64,000 nucleotides of DNA, from NCBI RefSeq assembly GCF_006345805.1, contig NC_043001.1:52700001-52764000 (forward strand). Reading direction: 5' to 3'. The notes beneath the pieces were generated by a model. That model made no database searches and was not told the DNA's origin. It saw nothing but the letters and a program-made list of their open reading frames with translations. Position 1 is the stretch's first letter; every line of letters starts with the position of its first letter. Shown here one piece after another: positions 53,342-64,000 of the stretch. The DNA is from Octopus sinensis (Eukaryota). A program made the translations under genes and the position numbers.

Positions 53342-54986
53342 TATATATATATAATATATATATATATAAAAGGAAATGAAGAAAATGCTGACAAGTAATT
53401 GAAGTAATTTAAGTAATTTAATTAGGTGAAAGTTCTTTTTACCGGTTGCGCATTTGTTATGCTTATCAAAATATAAAAGAGAGATTAGAGTCTGTCTCTT
53501 ATATGTGAAAAAAAGAGGCTCCAGAGTTGTTTTGGATTTGCTTGGTTTCGCGCCTAAAATTTTGATTGGTCATTATGAAGGGGTCACGTGAATGTTTGAA
53601 TGGAAGTTGGTGTTGGGGTAAGAAAAAAGGCTCCAGAGAAGTTAAAATTTGGCTAGTGTCCCGCCTAAAATTTCTTATTGGCCATAATAAAGAGGTCACG
53701 TGAATGATTAGAATTTTCGAAAATAGTGTTGTTGAAAATTCTTATTGTTCAGGCTGGTCAGTAGACGTCATGTGGATATTTTAAATAGCTTTTTAGCGCG
53801 TAGTTAGGGAGTGTATTTTCCGCTTGACTGGATAAGTAAGTTGGTTTAGAACAGGGAGAGCTGTACGTATGTATGTGTGTGCGCGCGCGCGTGTGTGTGT
53901 GTTTATATGTATGTTGGGGCGCGCGCGCGTGTATATATGTGTATGTGTGTGGGTACAATTTTCAATATTTATAGTTCTGCTGGCCTTGTGCCTGTATCGG
54001 GAAGCAACGTATTTGTTTGAAGTCAATATTTACAGCCATTTCCAAAAAATAGTGTTGGATGTTTTGCACCCGTATTCAATTATGTGTATGTGTGGAACCA
54101 TATATTTGTGTGTGTCATGGTGTTAATATCTGGGTAAAGGTGTGTGTAGGGTGTGTGCAGGTGTAAGTGTGTTTGTTGTGGGTTCGTGTTAGAGGCATCT
54201 GTTTAGAAGTGGTCTGTATTTATTAATAAGGTGGGATTCCATGGTTATTCGCTGGGTATGAGTGGCATTGTCTTTAAATTTGTAGAGGGGAAAGATTCTA
54301 AAATTGGGATGGAGTTGTGCGGCACAGGTATCAATATGTGCACTAAATGCTATTTTTCTATATTCCTGTATTTTTATTTGGGATCTGTGGACAGTCATAC
54401 GTTGGCGGAGGCTATTTTTTGTTTGGCCTATGTAGTGTTCATTACAGCCCGAGCAAGTTAAGACATATACTAGGTTTTCTGATGCGCATGTGAAGTTGTG
54501 TTTTACTGTGAAACGTTGTCCTTGTTTAAAAAGGAATTCCGGACCTTCTATTAGGTTGATGCATATACCACAGTTGGGTCTATTGCATTTGTTTACTGTG
54601 GGTTTAGTTGTTGTGGTTGGCAGTACTTTGGCATTTGTTAGGATGGTTTTCAATGATTTGGGTTGCCTTTTGCTCTTTATGATTTCGTGTGTTAGGAGGA
54701 TTTGGTTCATTCTATGGTCCTTTTGTAATACAGGAATGTTCTGGAGGATGGTGTCAAAAGCTTCATTGTTGAGGGGGTTGTGTGTAGAGATGTATGGTAG
54801 AGTATGGGGTTTCGATGTAACAGGTTTAGGGCGTCTAAGTTCCTGCGTGCTGAGTTTTAGGGCGCGTTGGATCCCATTGTCAATTAGTGACGTGGGGTAA
54901 TCCCTGCTTGTTAATGTGCCCTTGAGTTCTTGTAGACGTAAGAGACGGGTGTTTTTATTGGAGACTATAGTGCAAATCTAGATATC

Positions 54987-56444
54987 TAGGGACGATCTAG
55001 ATATGCTCAACCACCTCCCCAATACACTTATTGCTGAACAAACCCTGCTAGTAACATTCGATGTAGTCAATCTTTACTCCAACATCCCCCACAACCTAGG
55101 AATAGAAGCTATCCAATTCTGGCTGGATAATTACTCCAACGAACTCCCACACCGCATCAAAAAGGAATTTATTTTAGAAGGACTCAAATTCATCTTAGAG
55201 AATAATTTCTTCACCTTCAACAACAAATTGTACAGACAGAAATCAGGGACGGCAATGGGAACGAAAACAGCTCCCACTTACGCCAACTTAGTCATGGGAT
55301 ACCTGGAAATCACCCTCTATAATAACGTTCTTAACCAATTTGGCACCACTCTCCACACACACATAGAGAAGAACTGGAAGAGATATCTTGATGACTGCTT
55401 CATCCTTTGGCCCGAAACCGTCGAGAAGCTTAACGAATTTCACACTCTTATAAATGGGCTCAACACAAACATTATTTTCACAATGGAATACAGCCCTCAA
55501 CAAATTCCCTTCCTCGACATCCTCATTAAAATTCACAACAAAAAAATAGAAACAGACATATACTACAAGCCCACAGACTCCAAGCAATACCTCACTTTCA
55601 ATTCATGCCACCCTAGACACGTTAAAATTAACATTCCCTACAACTTAGCCAAGAGAATTTGCACTATAGTCTCCAATAAAAACACCCGTCTCTTACGTCT
55701 ACAAGAACTCAAGGCACATTAACAAGCAGGGATTACCCCACGTCACTAATTGACAATGGGATCCAACGCGCCCTAAAACTCAGCACGCAGGAACTTAGAC
55801 GCCCTAAACCTGTTACATCGAAACCCCATACTCTACCATACATCTCTACACACAACCCCCTCAACAATGAAGCTTTTGACACCATCCTCCAGAACATTCC
55901 TGTATTACAAAAGGACCATAGAATGAACCAAATCCTCCTAACACACGAAATCATAAAGAGCAAAAGGCAACCCAAATCATTGAAAACCATCCTAACAAAT
56001 GCCAAAGTACTGCCAACCACAACAACTAAACCCACAGTAAACAAATGCAATAGACCCAACTGTGGTATATGCATCAACCTAATAGAAGGTCCGGAATTCC
56101 TTTTTAAACAAGGACAACGTTTTACAGTAAAACACAACTTCACATGCGCATCAGAAAACCTAGTATATGTCTTAACTTGCTCGGGCTGTAATGAACACTA
56201 CATAGGCCAAACAAAAAATAGCCTCCGCCAACGCATGACTGTCCACAGATCCCAAATAAAAATACAGGAATATAGAAAAATAGCATTTAGTGCACATATT
56301 GATACCTGTGCCGCACAACTCCATCCCAATTTTAGAATCTTTCCCCTCTACAAATTTAAAGACAATGCCACTCATACCCAGCGAATAACCATGGAATCCC
56401 ACCTTATTAATAAATACAGACCACTTCTAAACAGATGCCTCTAA
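54987..56444 (+). CDS. Penelope-like RT plus GIY-YIG endonuclease (one 1-nt break at about 55714)
   Basis: LVTFDVVNLYSNIP, YRQKSGTAMGTKTAPTYANL, WKRYLDD, YYKPTD; CNRPNCGIC linker; ENLVYVLTCSGCNEHYIGQT...RMTVHRSQI. The mirror arm has ctcaagggcac, which restores the frame. Confidence 0.9.
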
Positions 56445-56925
56445 CACGAACCCACAACAAACACACTTACACCTGCACACACCCTACACACACCTTTACC
56501 CAGATATTAACACCATGACACACACAAATATATGGTTCCACACATACACATAATTGAATACGGGTGCAAAACATCCAACACTATTTTTTGGAAATGGCTG
56601 TAAATATTGACTTCAAACAAATACGTTGCTTCCCGATACAGGCACAAGGCCAGCAGAACTATAAATATTGAAAATTGTACTCACACACATACACATATAT
56701 ACACGCGCGCGCGCCCCAACATACATATAAACACACACACGCGCGCGCGCGCACACACATACATACATACAGCTCTCCCTGTTCTAAACCAACTTACTTA
56801 TCCAGTCAAGCGGAAAATACACTCCCTAACTACGCGCTAAAAAGCTATTTAAAATATCCACATGACGTCTACTGACCAGCCTGAACAATAAGAATTTTCA
56901 ACAACACTATTTTCGAAAATTCTAA

Positions 56926-57118
56926 ACATTCACGTGACCTCTTTATTATGGCCAATAAGAAATTTTAGGCGGGACACTAGCCAAATTTTAACTTCTCTGG
57001 AGCCTTTTTTCTTACCCCAACACCAACTTCCATTCAAACATTCACGTGACCCCTTCATAATGACCAATCAAAATTTTAGGCGCGAAACCAAGCAAATCCA
57101 AAACAACTCTGGAGCCTC
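56926..57118 (+). promoter_or_regulatory. Duplicated 112-bp module: E-box + CCAAT + GC/E2F-like site in the Penelope terminal repeat
   Basis: CACGTG at 56931 and 57043, CCAAT at 56952 and 57064, GGCGGG at 56968, GGCGCGAAA at 57079. Confidence 0.45.
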
Positions 57119-57163
57119 TTTTTTTCACATATAAGAGACAGACTCTAATCTCTCTTTTATATT

Positions 57164-57193
57164 TTGATAAGCATAACAAATGCGCAACCGGTA
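57164..57193 (+). ncRNA. Degenerate minimal hammerhead in the Penelope terminal repeat (mirror copy 53440-53469, minus)
   Basis: UUGAUAA GCAU aacaa AUGC GCAAC CG GUA: U3:A8 core, palindromic ACCGGU, but A13 is replaced by C. Confidence 0.5.
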
Positions 57194-57390
57194 AAAAGAA
57201 CTTTCACCTAATTAAATTACTTAAATTACTTCAATTATTTGTCAGCATTTTCTTCATTTCCTTTTTTATATATCACCACTCGTGTTCGACATCTCCTTTT
57301 TTTAAATATATATATATATATATATACTTATATATATGTGTGTAGTTATATATATATATATGTATAATTATATATATATATGTATATAAT

Positions 57391-57487
<97 letters not shown>

Positions 57488-58101
57488 TATATTGCCAGTA
57501 AATTTATTATAACAAATTCTATCAACTTATAAGCATTCACAGAACGAAGAAAACATTTTGTTCTGCTCAAATATAATGTTCTTATAGATAAGACAAAAAG
57601 TTTTACGTGCATAATTTTGGGAAGTTTATATTAAGGTAATATATAGTATAAAATAAATTTAAATAAGACAAGAAGATGCAATGTAAGTCAAACGTAGCAA
57701 TAATTGTTTCAGACGTAAATCTATGAGTTGAAAATTTTATGAGTCCTATGAATTATATGAATGTTTAAATAGATAAATTATAATACACTGTAATATCTAT
57801 GCATATGTAAGATAAAAAATAAGGCAAGGATTTGTTTCAAAGTGCTGAACACATTTCTGTCCTTACTATTAAAATTTACAATTCCCAGAAATGCACATCT
57901 CACGTACACATGATACACAATAATGCAGCCACTTTTTATATTACAGAGAGCAGCAGATACATAAAATGAAAGCTCAGTTATCACCATGCAGAAAATTATG
58001 CCCTGTGCCGGCAGTACCGGCAACCTCAGAACAGTCACTTGTGACAGTGAAACTTGAGTTTTGTATTAGAGACTAAAACGTTATCTCAAAACGTTCTACT
58101 T

Positions 58102-58413
58102 TCATAGCATAAAAAATCTAGTGTATGACAAGAACTGCCTTTCCACGAGAGAACATATGGGCAATCCTATATTTGATATAAAGGTGTTTGCCAGCGGAAC
58201 GTGCAGGCACTGGATATAATAATGGAATGATGAGAGGACATTGCAAATAGCAGATATAGCTGGTGTATGAAACTAGGCAGAGATTTAAAAACAGGCATGG
58301 AAAAGATGAGTCTATATTCCGAAAAAAACTTACAAGACATGGCACCGGAGTAATATTGGTAAATAATAACTTCAAATGCAGTCACTGCTTCCAGGACAAT
58401 TGCTTGTAGGTCT
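58102..58413 (-). CDS. Two candidate exons (58334-58413 and 58259 to at most 58102) joined by a 74-nt intron
   Basis: CAG|A GAC CTA...TCT T|GTAAGT...pyrimidine-rich...CAG|CT ATA. The frame is kept across the intron: DLQAIVLEAVTAFEVIIYQYYSGAMSSISAICNVLSSFHYYIQCLHVPLANTFISNIGLPICSLVERQF. Confidence 0.5.
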
Positions 58414-59739
58414 CTGCAGTGTCAGCAGATATTTGCATGACAAAAAGCCCGAAGAAACAGTTTTTCTGATTCACGTTTATGCTCTCGTCTGGCTTAGAGA
58501 TTTCACACGCGAGGAAAGAAAGTGATAGTGACATTAATAACTGTAATATTTTAACTAGTGGCTTTTGAAGCTAAGAACTTAAATGCCTATAACGAAACAT
58601 ATTTAAATAGATTATGCGACACTTTTCGCTTACATTCACGTTTTACCCCATCTAACTACTTGCAAAATGTTTAAAATACATCGTGATCCATATCGGAGAT
58701 TTAACTTCAAATCGTTTGTAAAGTGAATAAATTAACAAACATAATTAATCTGAATATGCTCACCTTACAGCTTAAAATATTCCTGTTTCTATTACACTGG
58801 CACTCCATTGGTTACGATGACGAGGGTTCCAGTTGATCCGAACAACGGTAGATCATGTTCGTGAAATTAACGTGCAAGTGGCTGAGCACTGAATAAATAC
58901 GTGTACCTTTAGCATAATTCTCAGGGAGATTCAGCGTGACACACAATGTGACGAGGCTTGTCCTTTGAAATACATGTACTACTCTTTTGCCAGCTAAATG
59001 GACTGGAGCAATGTGAAATAAAGTGTCTTCCTCAAGGACACAACACATCGACGGGAATTGAAGTCACGACCAGACGATCGTGAGCTAAATATTCTAACCC
59101 CTAAACCACGCGCCTTTCTGGTTTACATTATCTTTATATTGCAGTATTTTCTTAAATGTGCTCTCGTGTATATCAACCAGCAACAAAGTGCAAGACGAAC
59201 ACTGGAAAAACAATAAGCTGCAAACTACGCACGAGCTATTTTCATATTTACCCTTGGGACGAGTTCCAACATATGGCTGTGAATGGATTCAGTATGGTAT
59301 TTCAGGAAGTCTTCCTCATAGTTTGATGGCTTGTTTACAATTATGTGTAGTTTGATACATAACTTTAGAGAGATTCCGTGTCTGTAATGTAAACTGTTCC
59401 AGAGAAAGAAAACTGTAAACTCGATAGTGAATCGAAATTCATAGTAGTGGGAAATGTTTTTAGATATTTTGGTTTAAACAAGTCTCATATTATGCTATTT
59501 CAAAGGTTAATATTTTTCCAACAAAAAATAAAAAATGCTCACAGCGGGAAGTAATACTAATGCGATATAAAAATACTTAGTCTATTGCAGTTATTTATAT
59601 CAATATGTTTATAACATGTTCTTCGGAATGTTCTTTTGTTTTCCTTTTCTCTTAACAAAACTTCTTGTTATTTAGAGCAATATAGGATGATGCACTGAAA
59701 TAAAATACTAGTCGGAGTAAAAAGTATTTTCGGACCTTC

Positions 59740-60295
59740 ACTGATGAGATTTGGCAACTTGTAGCATGTTATGTCATTAATTCGGTACAACTTTTCCAAA
59801 CGTTGTTTATTCTTTATTTTACAGCTTGGATAAAAACAGGTGGAAAAATTAGAGACAGTCCCCGTTACCTGTGGACAAAAAATGTACGGAATGCAAAGAC
59901 AGCGGGAAAAGAAATTAATGAGATGGAATCCCATGAACGTGTGACACAGAATTGATGCAAACATTTCAAGGAAAGTAATACCAGCCTTGAAGAAAAACCG
60001 AGGTTAGTGAGACCTTCTGTGGTAGAAGATGAGACCTTGCTTGACACGTTTGAGCAGCAAAGCACAAGCAGTCTTACAGTGTTGGCAAAACTTAGTCCTA
60101 CACAATGTACCAAAAACTCGACCTTATGAACAGACGTTGTGAAGACAGTCTGCATGAACTGACCAATAATCAAGTTCAACAACGTGAGAATATATGCAGA
60201 GAATTGCTGGCAAAACCGCAAGATTTTCGTTTTTGTTTTCGATTAATAACTTGGGATGAAATATGGATCTATTTTCATAATCCTAATACGTGAAA
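59740..60295 (+). mobile_element. mariner transposase remnant
   Basis: HFKESNTSLEEKPRLVRPSVV...HELTNNQVQQRENICRELL...RLITWDEIWIYFHNP, a decayed TGDE-W motif. Confidence 0.75.
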
Positions 60296-60846
60296 CCTGC
60301 AGTGAATATACGTTGCTTTGAAATTCCAGGACTTGTAATTGGTCAATACTAGACACGCGCCTTTCAAGCGTGCACTGCCAATGTATACAAACGCAAGCCT
60401 CAACTTACCTAAAGTTCAAATTTACAAAAGATTCCGCACGACGGCTCAATTCTTCTGCGGTAGATGTTTCAACAACGTGAATGAGGTAAAAAACGGGTGT
60501 AAAGAGGTTTTTTTGCCTGTAAACCAGCTAAATTATATAAACATGAAAGTATGCTTCTTCTACAAAAGCAACAAACAATAGAATGTTATGGGATATAGTT
60601 TGATGAATAAATGCTTTTTGTATTTAATTTGTTCCAACTATTAATTAAAGTTAGAAATAAGAAAACATCTTTTGATTCAACCTGGTAGGTTCTCGTCTTA
60701 TTGCTTTCTGATTTCAAATAGCAGTTATATATAAACGTTATCATTCTAGCATCCGGAAAATAATCTGCCACATTTTTTCTGTATCAATATAAACCACAAA
60801 AGCTTTCTGATATAGTTCAGATTGTATTTTTACTGTGTGTGTGTGT

Positions 60847-60905
<59 letters not shown>

Positions 60906-61104
60906 TTTATTTTAAATTTATATTTGATGCCTGGCAGAGAAATTCAAGGCAAGTTTTCATTTATGATAAATTATACTAATCAGTGCCACAAGCAAAATAT
61001 GCATCTCATCACATCGGTAACAACAGTATCATTTACATATCTAGAAAAATGCCAAATAAAGGACATCCGAATTATGCCATAATGCTAATATAGACACTCG
61101 CTAA

Positions 61105-61745
61105 AAGGCGGCCAGCTGGCAGAAACATTAGCACGCCGAGCGAAATGCTTAGCGTTATTTCGTCTGTCTTTACGTTCTGAGTTCAAATTCCACCGAGTTC
61201 GACTTTGCCTTCCATCCTTTCGGGGTCGATAAATTAAGTACCAGTTGCGTACTGACGTAGATCTAATTGACTGTCCCCCTCCCCCAAAATGTTGGGCTTG
61301 TGCCTAGAGTAAAAAACAATATAGTCACTTCCTATTGTATTATATTGTCAGTTAATGGCGGCGAGCTGGCAGAATCGTTAGCACGCCGGGCGAAATGCCT
61401 AGCGGTATTTCGTCTGCCGTTACATTATGAGTTCAAATTCCGCCGAGCTCGACTTTGCCTTCCATCCTTTCGGGGTCAATTCAATAAGTACCAGTTATGC
61501 ACTGGGGTCGATGTAATCGACTTAATCCGTTTGTTTGTCCTCTCTGTGTTTAGCCCGTTGTGGGTAGTAAAGAAATAGGTATTTCGCCCTTTGCTACGTT
61601 CTGAGCTCAAATTCCGCCCAGGTTGACTTTGCTTTCATTCTTTCGGGGTCGGTAAAATAAGTACCAATGAAACACTGGGGTCGGAGTAATCGATTTGTCT
61701 CCTCTCCCAACATTTGAAGCATTGTGTCTGTAGTAGAAATGATTA
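61105..61745 (+). mobile_element. Tandem Deu/Nin-like SINE copies
   Basis: ggcggcgagctggcagaatcgttagcacgccgggcgaaatgc...gactttgccttccatcctttcggggtc repeated about three times. Confidence 0.85.
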
Positions 61746-62884
61746 TATTGTCAATTCTAGCAGCGCGAGAAGATATTACCTGATAAAAATTAAATTTTAA
61801 ATTTCTCAGTTTTCTTTAATGCATATTGTTAGCGTCAATATGCTAGATTCCGATATAGCCTTCTCTATATAAAATAAAGAATAGGGAAAGCCTGACGTGA
61901 TCGTGCCTCCTGTTATCTACTGCGTCGTCTTCAGTGTAGCACTGTTCAGTATTGGAAGAAATCTGTAAAGTGCTAGTCATGGCCAAAAGGAAGAAACATT
62001 CCGAACGAATAAATGTTTTTAAGGCAGCCCGAATCCTCCAGACATCAACAACGACCATTGAAGTCCATCGGATAACTGTTCAAGACACTGCAATCTGCTA
62101 ACAAAAGGATATCAAATAGATGCCCTACGTAATTATAGTTTATTATATTTATCTTACTGAACGCGTATATGATTTTTTGTAAATTTATTGAAATTGTCTG
62201 TTTAGTGCCTGCTTTCTTTTGCGTTTTGTGTTGTTCATAAATACTCGGCGTAGATTACATTCAGAGTTCTTCCCTCTGGCGTTCATTATCAGAATTGATA
62301 GTTACAATAATATACTATCATCTATTTCAAGAATGAATAAGATTAATTACATTATGCGAGATCTTGATTTAATATATGCCATGCACTCGGAATCCCTAGA
62401 TTTTTCGGGTGTCATAAAAATAAAAGGAAATTATAAATAGCATGTCAATATTTCTTATACAGATTTAAGTAGAAGGTAACTGCAAGTAAGTGAAAAGTTT
62501 TTCAGTTATTGGATACTACTATGCCCTTTAAATTTTATACCCAAATGCACGTGGGTGTATGTATATATGCACATTACAATATTATCTTTCAGAATGCAAT
62601 GGTAAAATATGACGCAGATATTTGTCTTTTCTACCTCCGCGTGGTATTTAAATATCTTTTAAATAAAATTTATGCTCGTACAACTAACGACACGACGGAG
62701 TTTTAATTTCATGTATCATAACTTGTAAAAACATCTACTTGCTATGTGAAAAATGTAAAGGTCAAAGTGGTATACTGCGAAAGTGCACTTAAGTTTAGTG
62801 TATAGGCGTCCTTTCCACTTCTTGATATAGTTTATGCAATTAAGAGAAATATACTGAAATCTATGTCGTTTACGTTTTTGCAAA

Positions 62885-63925
62885 TACGAGGTTCGACTGA
62901 AAGGTTCATAGGTTAACCAAGATATTTTCACAGAGTGTGATCAACTTAAGTTTGTTTTGCAATATAGCCCCCCTTGCGATCCACAAACTTCTTCTATCAA
63001 TGTTGCAGTGCTTGGATCCCATTGGTGAAAAATTTTACTTCCTGTTGATAAAAAAAGTTACCACCAGCAGATATAATGACACCATTACTGTGATATTAGT
63101 TCCAAGCCAAGTAATTCTGATGTGGAACAGATGATAGGGAGACGGAGCCAAATCAGGTGAATAAGAGGTTGATCAACCAGTTGAAAACCACTGTCACATA
63201 TACAGGCATTGAAACCAAGGATTTGTGTGTTAGAGCTTGAGAGGTTTTCGTAACTCCCTCAGCAAGTTGCCGTAGTATGCTCCATTGATGGTGCGACACT
63301 TTTGAATGTACTCAATAAAGACAATTATTTCTGCATCCTAAAAGACTTAGGCCATCACCTTCCCTACATATGAAACGACCTTGACCGTCGTTGGAGCAGG
63401 TGAGGAGTAGTGTTTTTCCTGCGTAGATTGTCTCTTTGTCCCTGGGGCGCAAAGTGATGCATTCAACACTCATCCTGGGCCATGGACCGTTCCAAAAGGA
63501 ATCTAATTCGAACAATGTCAGATCTTGTCGTGATATGATCAGCTTGGATCGTTTCGGATCAGGTGCCAGAATATGTGGCACACACTGATCAGGAACCTTC
63601 ATCATATCAATTTCGTTGTGCAGAATATTCTGAACTCTCTCACAGGATATTTTATAGCATAAGCTATTTGATTTTATAGTCAATAGCTTGTCATCCATCA
63701 CTATGAGGTGAACTCGAGCAGTGAGCTTTCCTCGGCGGTGGTAGTTGTATTTGGGTTATCTTCACTGGATTCGGCACAATGGAAAATCGATTTCCATAAA
63801 TCTAAACTCGATTTAATGACACCAGCATTCGTACAAAACTGTTTCTTAAAGTGTGATTCTTTTTCTTGTTGTAGTCACCAATATCTCGTTAAAGAAATGG
63901 AATTTAAGTTGCACCTGGAAATATA
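62885..63925 (-). mobile_element. Decayed mariner element
   Basis: Fragments ERVQNILHNEIDMMKV..CVPHILAPD.KR, AQDEC, YSPDLAPSPYHLF, FFTNGIQALQH. tacgag..gactgaaaggttc TIR-like start at 62885. Confidence 0.85.
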
Positions 63926-63967
63926 TCAGGATATGTTATATCAGGATATGTTATATCAGGATATGTT
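63923..63967. repeat. 15-bp tandem repeat, three copies
   Basis: (atatcaggatatgtt)3. Confidence 0.9.
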
Positions 63968-64000
63968 AACACCATTATAATTGCATGATTTTGTTTTAGA

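Larger units (their letters stand above)
53364..57273 (+). mobile_element. 5'-truncated Penelope-like element (Neptune-like Cys linker) with inverted duplication of its 3' 1.6 kb
   Basis: 53364-54977 is the ~99% identical reverse complement of 55657-57273. The unique RT core lies between them. (TA)n on both flanks. Confidence 0.93.

Overview
AT-rich, microsatellite-saturated eukaryotic DNA. The SINE families and repeat style suggest an octopod cephalopod (inference from recall, not a search). Most of the window is transposon-derived: a near full-length CR1/L2-group LINE (17.1-21.4 kb), a second broken copy of that family on the minus strand, a young 5'-truncated Penelope-like element (RT + GIY-YIG) with a 1.6-kb inverted duplication (53.4-57.3 kb), mariner/Tc1 remnants, an LTR remnant and many tRNA-derived SINEs. 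Scattered minus-strand exon candidates suggest much of this lies in large introns of an unidentified gene. The main signal is a 4.2-kb array of ~474-bp near-identical units (43061-47231). It switches strand midway, and its nine HHR-containing units each carry a type I hammerhead ribozyme (HHR) fold (CUGAUGA...GAAAC-palindrome-GUC, 6-bp stem I, very long stem II), i.e. a retrozyme-like repeat. Diverged fold-back relatives occur at 1.0-2.5 kb and 33.0-33.6 kb. Other repeats, including the Penelope terminus, carry minimal HHRs with a compensatory U3:A8 core. Many ORF breaks are 1-nt losses in homopolymers, so some may be assembly errors.
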